From: Lama guanicoe
Lineage: Eukaryota
NCBI GenBank assembly: GCA_013239625.1
Contig: MU055600.1
Coordinates: 5,211,338-5,275,337, forward strand
Length of the DNA: 64,000 nucleotides
Direction: 5' to 3'
Below, in pieces: positions 48,061 through 60,827 of the stretch. Within the stretch, counting starts at the first letter, position 1. Every line of letters starts with the position of its first letter. Under the pieces are notes generated by a model that did not search any database, was not told the origin of the DNA, and saw only the letters and a list, made by a program, of their open reading frames with translations. Made by a program: the position numbers and the translations under genes.

Positions 48061-49389
48061 GGCTTCATATCATTAGCTCAGCCTAGTTTGCAAAGAAAAA
48101 CATACCCACAAAAGCATTTCGAAGAATTAAAGGACTAATCCATGTGCACAGTAAGTTGGCAGCAACCCCTGTGCCCACCACAGTGCCATGCCAACAGAAG
48201 ACAGCACACACGCATACTTTTTCTTTACAGGGAAGCGGATTCTCCATTAGATAGAGACATACTTGGAATTACCCATCATCTGATCTATGTCTCGAGGTTG
48301 AGGATGAGATTTTATTCTTGCTATAGAAAGCACAACTAAAGTATAGAAGTTGATGAAGACTGCATGAGAGATACCCTTGATTTCATGCATTTTAGGTATC
48401 TCATAAATAAATTGCGATTCTGGGATTTAATTCTGAAGTCAAGGGCTTCCTTTTTGACAGAAATCACAGAGGAGGGAATTAAGCGCTGTTTTTTAAGAAT
48501 TTTAAAGGGCACAAATCATCACTGTCTGCTGCTGGATTTCAGTGCAGTTTACAAGGAAATTTGACTTCTTGACCTGTTTGCATACTGTACTCCTAAGCCA
48601 CCGGCTTTAACAGCCCAAAGAAGACACAGCTTTGTCGATGTCAAGGCTTATAAAGCATCTTCCCATCTTACAGAGGACTTCTGTGGTTCTCTCTGAGGAG
48701 TGTGTTCCTCTAGATATAAAGAATGATTCTGGAGTAAGTATAAGATAAAGAAGCCTCATGGGATGTATAGGGGAGGGAGGGACTCGGTGTGATGGACTGG
48801 ATCATGCTTACATTTGAGCCCAAAGGACAGCAGCATCTCTATGACAATTTTCTTTTTTGAAGAATTTTTCAGTGTGTAAGTTTCTTTCTGGAATGATAGA
48901 GAACCCAAACGCCTAACATCAAAGAAAGACATGCTTAACCAGGGAAGATATGGTAAACTACACATCATTACTATGACTGGAGCAGGATGAGTGTGGACAT
49001 TTAACGTTATCTTTCTGGTCTGCCATTTGTCAGGCATGAAGTTGGTAGGTCAGTTAGATCTCTGTATTATTGCACTCTGGTCTCCCTGTTCCAGGAACTC
49101 ATGGGAGTTATAGTGCATTTTAGGACTAAAAAGTACCTGAAACTGAGATCATTCTTTTGTCTTTATTGTTTTCTCAGCGTACCTGTGACTGTGTATCATT
49201 ACCAAAGATCATGAGGGATCTGCATGTGTTTAACCAGAAACAATGAGCCTCTGATGAGAAGTGAAGGAGGACTATGGTGTCCACCCCCAGCTCTGCCAGC
49301 CTAGCTGTCTTGGGAATCCTGAGAAGAAGCTACTTCATTTTTCTTCTTCCTTCTTGACTTGTCATTTGCCAGTCTCAGAAATAGAATAA

Positions 49390-49700
49390 CTGGGCTTCAA
49401 TATGTATCAAGTCCAACTGCAAAGTCAATGCCTTTGTGAATCTTTCCTAACTTCCCCTGAAAAATTAGTGTCTTTCCCTCTGTGCCTCTGAAGCACTTTG
49501 TGCCCAGGATTCCTGAAACACGTCTCATATTAATTTGGGGTTATTTTTGGTATGTCCGTCTTTACTACCCTTAGTGAGTGACTTTATGGACGCAGGCAGA
49601 GCTATATTCAACCTTGTGGATCCAATTTCCTAACGTAGCGTTCATCACATAGTAGAAATCCAATAAGTCTTTAGTGAATAATTGAGTGCATTTATTAATC
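49390..49700 (+). mobile_element. L2 3' region
   Basis: cctttgtgaatctttcct...cctaacgtagcgttcatcacatagtagaaatccaataagtcttt. Confidence 0.65.
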
Positions 49701-50164
49701 AATTTGTATGTGAATAGACTAATTATGCCAAGGCTCATTCCTTCATTTGAACGTCTGCCATATATAAAGTCAAGTACTAGACCTTTGAAATTTATAACAA
49801 CGTGACATTGATCAAAAGTTTCAAATACTTTTTTATTTTACTTATTATTGAGCCTCCTACTCAAATATATGCCTAGGGAATGCAAGATTATATCTAGTTG
49901 GGATTATACTTCTGGATAACAGATGCTAACACACAGCAATTACTCAATAAATATTTGTTGAATGAATAAGTAAATAAACCACGGAGTAGGCAACACCTTC
50001 AGCATCATTAATGATACCCAGTGGCCAGTGAGCTCACAGAAGGCTACCTGTGGGAGTAAGAGATCTCTAGGTGTTTCTTCCAGCTATCTGAAGGTTTAAA
50101 GCTCTGTGTATTAAATTATTGGGAGCAGCTTTCAGAAACATTGATGGCTTTTGATTCCCTATTC

Positions 50165-50365
50165 AATTTTTTTTAATATTAACATTTTATGTTTTAGAGA
50201 AGTTTGATGTTCACAGCAAAACAGAGAAGAAAGTACAGAGATTTTCCATATACCCCCCGCCTCTCCACATGCATCGCCTCCTCGTTATCAATGCCCCCAC
50301 CAGAGGGGTACATTTGTTACAGCTGGTGAACCTACACTGATACATCAGAAACACCCAAAGCCATT
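50165..50365 (-). mobile_element. Old L1 (L1MC/L1MB-type) 3' end
   Basis: ttcacagcaaaacagagaagaaagtacagagattttccatatacccc...caccagaggggtacatttgttac...gaacctacactgatacatc. Confidence 0.85.
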
Positions 50366-51964
50366 TCTGTCTTAGAGCTACTGAAGTCACCATAGAAACA
50401 GAGGAGGAGGAGCCTATTTGGTCTAGAGTCTGAAAGAGTGCCTGGTACATGGCAGGTCCTCCGTCAGGATCTGCTGCATAAATGAGTGACTGCTGCCGAA
50501 GTACTGGGTTTTTAGTAGTATATTGCCTTCCATTTCTCCAGTCTAGTCTGAAAGGCCACGTTCTTGTACTCCAGCACCATCTGTTTGCGGTGCTCTTTGC
50601 TATGCCCCTGCTATTCATTGGATCCCTCCACCCGTCTCAATCTCACCCTCTATAGATGTGGATTTAAGAATGACAAAGCCTTCGCCTGCTGCCCTCTAAT
50701 GATTGTTATGAATGGACTGTTAAGAAAGTATTTTTAAAATCTCCCTTCCCCAGGTGGAAAGATAATTATCTAATCACAGGAAAGGGAGCATCAGAATATA
50801 GGAGCTGAGTTGGTGGTCTCAGCCGATCAAATGAGTCTGTACGCTAATGAATCCCTTCAGATACGGTTCTGTATCAGACTCGGGCAACTGCTATTTGAAA
50901 CAAAATGACACTTGAATTAGGATTTCTACACCTTCACTCATAGCACAGAGGAAATGAGAAAAAGCATGTAATTCCATAGAATCAATGTCCAAAGAAAAAT
51001 CTCTACGTATAAAATAAAGTCCCAGGGGTCATCTGTGTTTTTACACAAAAGGAAAATTAACTTCAGACATAAGGCTTATTTAAATTTTCTAGAAACTTTC
51101 TATTGTTTGGAAAAATAATCAGATTCATAAAATTTGGTATAAAGATATAGTATAATGCAAGGAGGATAGGAGGGTAGTCTTGGGGGCTTAAAGGGGAGGT
51201 CTGAATTCCCAGTTCTGTGTCTTCCAAGAGGAAGGAATTTCACTCCACTGAGCTTCACTGTCTTCATCACTAGATAAAGTAAACTGCCATTCAGTAAGGT
51301 TGTGGAGCGACCAAGGATGAAATCATCTCCAAGAGTCTCTCACACAGGTTCACTTTTCCACTCCTCCCTTTAGAAGAAAGTATTCACTTAGATAAAGATT
51401 TTTTTGAAAGATTATGATAGGTGAGTAGGGTGACATGGCTGATCATTTTAACAATGATTAAGTAGAAGGAGATTGAAATTTACAGATTATCAAGTCCAGG
51501 GGCTTTCAAACCCTTTGTTTAACCAAGAAAACATTTAATTTAAGGATGAACTGTAGTACTTAAACTCACATCGTATAAAACAAACCAAGGAGAGTTTCCA
51601 TGATGAAAGTCAACCTTTGGGTTTTTCCATGCAGCACTCAGCCTGTCCATCCATCCAGGAAGCTCCTCCAAAGAAGGAGTCGGAGAGTTAAGCACTAGCA
51701 ATTAGATGCTTTTACACAAAGAAGACATACCACCTATCTCTTCTCCTCAACCACGTCACTGGTCAAAGTAAGTCAACGGACACATCTCAGTACAAGCACC
51801 TGGGGAAGTACAATCTTGAAAAGAGAAGAATACAGAGTGGTAGGTGATTCTGCCACAGTCCCTGATGCCTTATGTCTTTTTCCTTTAATTTTATATTCTA
51901 AAATTGGCTTTGAATCCATTATTTTAAAGCTTCATGTTATAGTATTAGACTATAAAACAATTTT

Positions 51965-52064
51965 TTTTTATTGAAGTAGAGTCAATTACAATGTGTCAAT
52001 GTCTGGTGCACAGCACAATGTCCCAGTCATGCATATACATACATTTATTCATGTTCATATTTTT
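51965..52064 (-). mobile_element. 100-nt L1 3' tail with 12-bp TSD
   Basis: TAAAACAATTTT at 51953-51964 and 52065-52076; body ttgaagtagagtcaattacaatgtgtcaat...aatgtcccagtcatgcatatac. Confidence 0.88.
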
Positions 52065-52864
52065 TAAAACAATTTTGAAGTAAAGTTGCATCATGACAAG
52101 TATGAGGTTATATACATATCTTTTTACAAAAGTAGCCACATCTGATGTCCAAATCGACTGGTAAGTCTCTGTTGACCCTAACCTGTTGAGGTCCCAGGGG
52201 AACGATATAACTTGGATGTTTGAGATGGAAAAAACATAATGGGTAACTTTTTAAAAAATCTATGCACAATATCATTATTGTGTATTATTAGTAAGGTCGC
52301 TTCCTTGCAAGGAAGTGACGCTGATTTTAACTAATCCAAGGGAAGGGAGTTTACTGCAAGGCTCTCAGGGATTCAGAGGCAAGTAGACCTCAGGTGTGCC
52401 TGCTATTATAAGAAGGTGTATGCATTTTTGTGACACAAGGCAGTCCCAGAGGCCAGGAAGCAGGAACCACAGTCAGAGTTTTGAAGCTGAAAACAGTGTG
52501 ATCAGGATGCGATGAAACCCAACTATTTTGTCTCTTCATTCCTCTAGTCAAGATTCGCAATCTAGGATAAGAGCTTCCATTTATTCTAATTATGCCCCTT
52601 GGCTAAGAAAAGACTCTTTCCATAGAGGAAGAGGAGGAAACAAGAGTTCTTCCGAGGTGGAAAATGATACTGGGAAGCCCCCCAGAACAATAAATGTTCA
52701 ACACATAATCTAAGGAAAAGTGTACAGGGTTATCCAGGGGCACGCCCCCACCCTCCTTAGAACCGGGCTCCCAGCAGGTGCACTGGGTTATTTCCTGGCT
52801 CTTCTGCTCTTCATCTCAGCTTCTGGTTCCACTCTTATCATTTTATTTCAAAAGCAGCTACTCT

Positions 52865-52875
52865 TAAAAAAAAAA
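52865..52875 (+). mobile_element. Poly(A)-only retro-insertion with 15-bp TSD
   Basis: AAAAGCAGCTACTCT at 52850-52864 and 52876-52890, separated only by T(A)10. Confidence 0.7.
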
Positions 52876-54309
52876 AAAAGCAGCTACTCTAACTTCAGCA
52901 TCAACTTTTCTTCTCTCTCCTATTGCAAACCTCTACATCTCCATCTTTATATTTGTAGCCAGATGACCCTAGAACCTAGAAAAGAGGGGAAATACAGACT
53001 CAAAGGTCTTCTGCAGGATGAACCTTAACTTAATTCATTGTTAGAGGAGACTTCACTGTTTTTATTTGTTTTCATTCCACCAAATAAAACTCCAATGCAC
53101 GGATGTTTCTCTAAAACAGACCTCTTTATAAAATTAAAAGAAAAAGAATCTCTTCACAGAATGCAAGTTCTATAATATTACAGAGCACTTTCTTCTCATT
53201 TAGATTTATTTTTAATTCATTATCTCATAGCAGAGGAGTCATTGCTGTTTTGGACTTTTGGGCATGTCAATATGTCAAACCACTTATGCTGACTTTAAGC
53301 TCCTTTATAATGCATATTCTTATCTAAAAAATAAATTTTCTAGAGTACAAACTTTCCCCCTGGAAGTTTCCCATAAAGTGGCTCACTTCATGAAAAAAAG
53401 TTCTTAAACTTAGTGGGGGAAAAAAAAACTTTCAAGCTTTTAAAATCATCTCTCTCATGGTTAGAATTCTAATAAGAATAAAAGTTTAAAAAATACTAGT
53501 TCATAATGAAAGAAAAATCAAAATAGAAGACATGAGAGATTCTTATGCAAATACCTATTTTTAAAAATCTGGAGATGATTTTCTAGGTTCAAATTCCTCT
53601 TGTATATCACAATCATCATCACACACTTGTTGGTCTAATTATTTGAAGTACTATTCTGTGAAAGACTTCGAAAAAATAATGGGGGTTCAACATCCAAAAT
53701 TCTCTGGAATAGTCTCTAAACATTAAAGTCAGATTTTTTTTAAGCCAACTAGATTAAATGTCAAAACAAACAAAATTTCATGTATCGATCAATCTATCCA
53801 TCTATTGAATGTGAATCCTTTTCTTTTCACCAACAATTAAAACTTTAGCTGTGCCTGAGCCCANNNNNNNNNNNNNNNNNNNNNNNNNNNNNNNNNNNNN
53901 NNNNNNNNNNNNNNNNNNNNNNNNNNNNNNNNNNNNNNNNNNNNNNNNNNNNNNNNNNNNNNNNNNNNNNNNNNNNNNNNNNNNNNNNNNNNNNNTGGTG
54001 TACCTGTATCCCATCACTGTGTCTTTGAAACAGATGACAAGCAGCATATTGCAGCACATCCTGCTAATGGGTCTAAGTGGGAAATGGGGAGGTAAAGAGG
54101 TCATTGGAAAAAAGGTCAGCGGCAAAGAACAAGAGCATTATTCCTTTTTTTTTTTTAATTTAAAGTGGTCCTTGCCCATTTAGCTCTGTAGCCTCCAAAA
54201 ACATACGTGCTTCCACGAGACAGGAGTCAACTACAAGAAACTCACCAGGCCTGGGTCATCTGTGGAAGCTGTTGACATAATTGCTATTTAAATCACAAGC
54301 ACCATGATC

Positions 54310-54480
54310 ATGACCCTAGCTACTATTTATTGCTTGCTTACTATCTATCAGGTACTATGTTCCAATTTAAAAAATATGCTTCTCTGCTTCTGAAAATCTT
54401 ACAAGGTAGATATGAAGGTCATCCCAATCTCTAGGTGAGAAATTGAGTTAAGGAGAGATTAAGTCAATTCTCCAGGACGA
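54310..54480 (-). mobile_element. MIR SINE
   Basis: ctactatttattgcttgcttactatctatcaggtact...acaaggtagat...gagagattaagtcaattctcc. Confidence 0.7.
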
Positions 54481-55889
54481 CTCTATTCACTGGTACTCAA
54501 GCAAAGTTTAAAGAAAAGACATTTTTGGAAGATTTCACAAAATATTTTGGAGCTGCCTGTCAATTATTTTAGTTGGAGGTTAAATGTAAAATAGCATACC
54601 TCCATTAAAAAAAATAGCTTAAAATATTTTTGGTCAAGCTTTAATGCACAATATAGACTTTTAGAGCTTAAGTTAACATGGTCTTCAAGCCCTTTGAAGG
54701 GATAGGATGCCAGAAATAAACATAGGAACTAAGTTTTATATGTGAGAAGGCATATCTTGAACAGACGATCAAAGATGCATAACAAGTGAGTTCTTTCCCC
54801 ACAAATCCAAGAGAGACGGTCCTTCACCAGGGTTATTGTATCTTGCATCTATTCTTCGAGGAAGAAGAACAGTATTACTCAATTTGGCAGCTGCCTTTAT
54901 AAATAACTAAGGCCTGAGATACCCCTTTAGCCCATCTAGCATATTCTGTACTTGGTGCAAGTAACTCTGATCTCTTTCCATGTTTTCAAGGCTTGAGATG
55001 CCCTCAACACGTGTATTCGTATACACTAGGGGGGCCGTCACCTGTTAGCCCATCTCTTCCCATTTGCTGAATCTGTCATTAATTTCCCACAAGTAAAACA
55101 AAACCAAAACCAAAAAAAAGGAAATTTCTAATGGCTTTTTTTCTCCCCAAAGGGGAAGATTAGGCACTTCCAGATTATTAAAGATAACCATCCTGTATTG
55201 CCAGTGTTTCTCTGTGAAAACATTCTTTCTAAATTGCTGTTAGATCTGCACATTCTCAGAGACCCGTGAGATGGGAAGAGAGCAAAAAGGGATGGTGGGA
55301 GATAGGACTTTCAGAGGAGAGGAAAAAACATCGTAAGTGCATGTTCTAAACAGGTGGAATAAGAAATGGTACCTCCACTTGCTCCGTGTAAGAGAGAAGT
55401 ATGCGAAAAACAAGATCAGGGTTTTGCAATCAGTGTGAATTGTTATTCACCCACCACTTCGGGGTTGCAGCTTGTCTTTTGAAGCAGAGATTTCTCCCAA
55501 AGCAGCGGCACCCGTTGCTGACTGTGCAGTCACAGCGCCACCAGGCAATCAAGGCTCTCCCATCTGTGGTGAAATCTCCCAATTTTTCTTGTAAAGATCA
55601 GATCCTTCCCTGCTAATGAGCTAACGAGCGGCAGGCAATGTCGGATTCGATTCTACGGCTGTGGTGTAAAGCAGTGGGAATTAAACATGAAAATCAGCTG
55701 AGGTTTCCCCCCAACCTCCAAGGCTGATGCTCCCCTCGCTCCAAAATTCCCTACTTTGCATTGATTTTCAAGATTTTATTCAAATAGGGACATTAGGCAT
55801 GTTGGCTTGATTACACCACTATCTTCTGTGTGTTTCATCTTCCTCTGCAGGACAGAAGCCACCCATGATCTCAGGCTGGAAGGGTATCC

Positions 55890-56825
55890 TGGTCTCTTCT
55901 CTTCCTCTTAATTCCACATCCAATTTGATAACCAAGAGCTGCAAATTCTGCACCTTTAACGAGTATTAAATCTGTTTTGTCCTCATCTGTTCCATCCCTA
56001 CCGCCAATGTCTTAGGATAGATGTTATTTCTCGTGGAGTTTTTCCAACAGCCTTTAAACAGTCTCGCCTTGCTCCCCATTGCCCCCTCCCCTAACTTCTA
56101 CTTTTAATCCAGCATCCATATCGCTATTAGAAAGGGTTTTCTGAAACATAAGTAGGATCACAACACTATTTTGGTGAAGCCTGAATGTGACTTAGAGATT
56201 CCTCATGACACGACTACAGACCTGTGTCCACCTTCACCTCCAGCCCCTTCTCTGCTCGGAACTCCTTACTCCCTTTCCAATGAAACTGTGCTCTTGTGGC
56301 AAGCATCATGCCTGTCCTTGCCTTCTGTCCCTCCCCCCAGGCCCCCTGACATATCTAATGTCTTGTTTCCTTGGTGGGGGGTGAGGGGGCTGGTGATGAG
56401 CTCCTATCAGTCCTTTAAGGGAGGAGTGGAAATAGGTTACATTTCACGTAGTACATACAATGTTGCTCAGCAGTGTTGATTTTTGAGCTTCTGTGCTCAG
56501 TGGAGCTGTGAGGCTCTGTCTGGGATTGGCCAAAATACAGCAGAAGTAGGTTAGCAATGTCTTCCCGGGGTGAAGTAAGGAGAAGGGTTGGTCTAGTTAA
56601 ATGTTATTCCTTCCATGAAACCTTCTCCAACTTCCCCCCTGAAGGATTGATCAACTCACTTCTTTGTGTCCCTGCAACATCTTCAATGTCTCTATTCACA
56701 GGATGTGTGGTCATTGTATTTAGTACATTATGTATCTTTTCTTTACATTTAACTGTGCACTTCCGCTTCCCAGGGGCATATATTAAACTCAGGGGCTTAC
56801 TAAGTGTTTGTTGAATGAGTGATGG
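55890..56825 (+). mobile_element. L2 fragments
   Basis: ccacatccaatt...accaagagctg...tttctgaaacataagtaggatcac and ttcctt...gaaaccttctcc...taagtgtttgttgaatgagtga. Confidence 0.7.
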
Positions 56826-56868
56826 TCTACTTGTTCTTTTCTGACCTCACCTTAATGCGGTTCTAGAA

Positions 56869-57098
56869 CAGAGTTTGGCAAACAGCTAAGGACCGCCTGC
56901 GGTCCAAATCCAGCTGACCCCGTGCTTGTGCAAAGTATCGTTGGAACAGAGCCATGCCTGAGCTTTTATTTAGTATCTATGGCTGCTTCCTGCTACATCA
57001 GCAGACAGAATTGAGTGAATGTGGTGGCAACCTCGTGGCCCGCAAAACCTAAAATATTCACTATTTGGCCATTGGCAGAAAAGGTCTGCTGACCCCAG
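56869..57098. mobile_element. MER58A hAT-Charlie DNA transposon
   Basis: cagagtttggcaaac...ttggaacagagccatgcc...tctatggctgctt...tggcccgcaaaacctaaaatattcactatttggcc...gctgaccccag, preceded by the hAT-type target TTCTAGAA. Confidence 0.9.
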
Positions 57099-57619
57099 TT
57101 CCAGCGCCTAAAAAGAAAGGCTGAGATTTTACATGTTGTACATTGTTTCTGTAACACAATCCAGGGAACTTCTCAGAGTGGAATCTAAAGTGTTCAGCCC
57201 AAGTCGCGGACCCTCAAGGTCAAAAGTTGCTTCCTGAATGTCATTGAGCTCTGCAGTTGATAAGTGATTTTTATTTTAGCACTTGCAAAAAAGTTTTGCC
57301 CAAAGGACACTTCACTGATGGTGAAAAGACCTCTGATCACTAGTATAGTGTTTCATGGCTCTTACGAAAATGTCCTGGGTTTCATGGCTGTAATAGCACT
57401 GCTCTTTGAGATCATTCCAGCCCTTTGCCTTGTACGCATTTGTTAATAAAATTATGCTTAATGAAGATCAGAGTCTATTCCTCTCATAGTCATATCCATG
57501 GTTTGCCTTATTTTACCCCTAAAAGTCTCCTGATATAATTCAGCTAACGACAGCCCAAGTGGTCTGACTGTCCCCTGTACGTTAGATGGTAATCTGCTTT
57601 CAGAGCCCAACTGATGGGG

Positions 57620-57815
57620 AATCGGATCATCCGGGTTCTAATCCTGATAAACGTCCAGTTAAACCTGATACACTACCCGTTAACCTTGGGAAGACCATGT
57701 ATCTTTCTAATCTTCGGCATCCTCCTCTTTAAAACAAAAGGAAATGGCAGCTGCAAAAAATCTCTGTAGATTGTTATGAAAAATCAATTATCCCTGAAAA
57801 GCACTTGGCAGAGTT
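57620..57815 (+). mobile_element. MIR SINE
   Basis: gggttctaatcctg...taaccttgggaagacc...catcctcctctttaaaac...aaagcacttggcagagt. Confidence 0.65.
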
Positions 57816-58779
57816 GTTGTCAGAAGCAACATACCATTAGCTTTCTGTCGGTTTTGCTTTCACCCTTTTCACATCAATTCATCTTGCCAGCTTCTCAGGA
57901 GGAATTAGGTCTTTCAACATAAATGTATCCACCTCCAAGCGTCAAGATCATACCCATGGCCTCTTTGACTTCCGGTGTCAAGAAATCATGGTTTACAGAC
58001 GCCTGAGGGGGTCACATGCTACCATTCTGAGTGCTCTGGTCTGCACGAAGGTGAGCCTGGAATGGTTCTAGCACGTCAGCCCCAGCCTCCGAGCAGCGTA
58101 CCTCTGAAAAAAGTAAAGCCACCCTCAAGGTATCTGACCTGTCAATTCTCCTCAGGATGTTTTCTAGATCTCAGAGTGGAAGAAATCTGCCCCTCTTTCT
58201 CACAACCAAGGCACCGTAGGTATAAGCTGCGGGGCCAATCTGGTCTGATGGACGCATCCACAGCCCAAAGCATCTAGGAGTGAAAATCATGGCATAATCT
58301 CACTCTAAGAGTTTTGATTCTAAGTTCATTGGCCTAGAATCAGAAAAAAAAAAAATAAGAGGCAGAAAAAAGAACATCTATTTTTTATTCCCCCTTGAGC
58401 ATTACTTTTCTGATTCCATCCTGGAAACCAAAGAAAAACATGTTTTGATTATATTTACAAGTGTATCTAATCATCTTGGAATGTTGAACTCCATTTTAGC
58501 TTTGGGAAGAGCCATTAATAGAGCGCCTCTGGGCATGCAGCTCATTAGCCTTCAGGGAGTTCCTCGGTGGGACACCAGGCACCAAGGGGCAGCCAGGGCA
58601 AAGATGACCCTCTCCTGCCTAGCACGTGGCTCCCCAACATGCACGGCTCCTCCCTCGGGGACCTGAAGGCACAGTAGGGTCTTCTGCTCTTTGTCTCTTT
58701 AACAACAAACATTTATTGGCAGCCTGGACAGTTGGAACCACCTTCAAACTGCTGTCACTGCTGTGACGCTTTCTCCCCT

Positions 58780-59215
58780 CGCTCCATCCATCTTACTCTG
58801 CTACCAGAGCCATCTATCTAAAACACAAATCCGATCATGTCACTTCCCCTCTTAAAAACCATCAGTGCCTTCCCCTTGTGCAAAGGATAATGTCTCAAAC
58901 CCTTTAGAAAGACTCATCAGCATTCATGATCTAGCCTATCAGGTCTCCTTGGCAAATCCATTGTTTCTTTGAAAAATCAAACTCAAGTATCTTTCTTCAT
59001 TCCTCCCCCCCCACTGGTATTTCATCACAATGGATGCATGTCTCTAGTACTAAAATACTTTAGATATCATAAAATAATGTGAATATAGCTGCCTATCTCA
59101 TCTGCTCTATTTTACACTCCATGAAGGCAGAAACTACGCCAAACTTCTTGTAAAGCTCCCATCTGACACCATGATCGGCAAAAGGTAGGATCCGTGGAAA
59201 TGCTGAATGAATGCG
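58780..59215 (+). mobile_element. L2 3' region
   Basis: ctaaaacacaaatccgatcatgtcacttcccctcttaaaaacc...ctccatgaaggcag...gctgaatgaatg. Confidence 0.8.
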
Positions 59216-59425
59216 TGCAGGACTCGGTGCTCCCATAGATTCCTGACTGCATCACACTCCCAGAACCTTCACCTTACACTGCAGCCTCCGGTCTCTCGCA
59301 GCAGATTTTACAGTCTTTGTGGGCAGGAACACTGTATATATCTTATCTTCTACTGTCTTAGGCTTCCATATGTTTCGGATGTGTGGGGAAAGCTTAATAA
59401 TGATTTGTTTAAAAAAAAGCTTTAA

Positions 59426-59572
59426 GTTTTTAAAAATTTTATTTATTTATGTATCTTTTGGTGGGGGAGAGTAATTCCATTTATTTATTTATTATTCTTA
59501 GTGGCAGGAATTGAACCCAGACCTTGTGCACGCTGAGCACTCACTCCACCACTGAGTTATACCCTCCTCCCC
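59426..59572 (-). mobile_element. tRNA-Ala-derived camelid SINE (Vic-1 type), more diverged copy
   Basis: Reverse complement GGGAGGAGGGTATAACTCAGTGGTGGAGTGAGTGCTCAGCGTGCACAAGGTCTGGGTTCAATTCC aligns to the copy at 6782. Confidence 0.88.
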
Positions 59573-59794
59573 GATGATTAAAGCTTTTTAAATGCTAAAA
59601 AAAAATAAACAGACCTGGAATCTACTCCCAGGCAAACTTCTCTCTATTTGGATGTAGAAGAAAGGACTCTGATATCAGGTAAACAAAAGTCTAATATCCA
59701 TTTAAAAAGCCTAAGATTTAAGAAGGAGGCATGAAAACAAAGGATGACTGTAGATGGGAGAAGAAGAGGTTACTTTTGGTTGCAAGGATTTAGG

Positions 59795-60035
59795 TCTTCA
59801 ACAAACATGCACTGAGCACCTAGTGTATGCATGGCATATGCTCTGAGGTAGATGGGGTATCTCTCTTCAAAGAACCAAAAGTTCGAGTGGGGTGGAAGCT
59901 TGAGGGAAGGTAAAATAAGAACATAGTAAGTATAGTTCTAAACAAATTGCTATGGAAATTCATAAAAAAGGAAGAAATAACATTATTTTAGAGCAATTAG
60001 GAAGAGCTTAAAGGAGAAGGTAGCATTTGAAGATC
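59795..60035 (-). mobile_element. L2 3' fragment
   Basis: ttcaacaaacatgcactgagcacctagtgtatgcatggca...ggagaaggtagcatttga. Confidence 0.7.
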
Positions 60036-60827
60036 ATTGGTTCTCCTGACCTAGATTTGGGGTTAAACATTCTTATTCATCAGCTTATAATGTGTTTTAA
60101 TGAGGTGTCAAAATTAGCACTATCCCACAACAATCACCTCACAGTTTAAATTGGAAGTTAAAATAGGAAAGAAGAAGGAACAGGAGGAGAAAGAAGAAAT
60201 GACATATCAGTAGGTTTATTCCTTGACAGGCTATCATTCTTTGCCACCATTACAGACAATCCCAGTAATAGGCATTCTTGTCTAAAGGGCCAACCGTAAG
60301 GCACATTTCTATCTGTGTATTTAATAGGGTTTGCAAAGTCCTTTACTACAACCTGTTTCATTTGATTCTCCTAGTAACATTATAAAATAGATAATCTGGT
60401 AGCTCCAAGCTAATTTCACATGTGCTAAAGTTCAGCAGAACTCAATCCTCTAAGTTTCTTCAAGGAGTCAAAGAATAGAACCAGGTTTCAACCCCAGTTT
60501 CCCAGCTCCCTCAACTCTGCTATTTCCCAGAGAGTTTTGGAAAGTTCTTTGGCTGGATTTACTTTAATAAAAATAATTGCAAAAGCTTCCCTGAAATCAA
60601 TGTCTATTTATAGTGAGCCAAAACTGGCCTCCCTGGCTTTCTCCTACCGTCACACTACGTCATTTGCAGAGCACTGTTTAGTTTTTCCATCTCCATCTGG
60701 AAAACAAGGGTTTTGAGTTAGAAGGAATTAAGGAATTAAGTTCCTGAGCATAGAATGATAGAATAGGATATGATAGCTCCAGAGGGAAACAGGAAACCTA
60801 AGACACTTTAATAGTGTGACTCCATCA

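Noticed and set aside
1655-52166. Isolated strong splice motifs (minus-strand donors near 1660 and 12285; plus-strand donors near 5154, 18912, 33590, 52160; acceptor near 28520)
   Set aside because: No paired acceptor/donor with a convincing reading frame; several lie inside repeats; expected at this frequency by chance.
55533-55549. CTCF site (reverse TTGCCTGGTGGCGCT)
   Set aside because: It mismatches several of the most informative 5' core positions; too weak to call.
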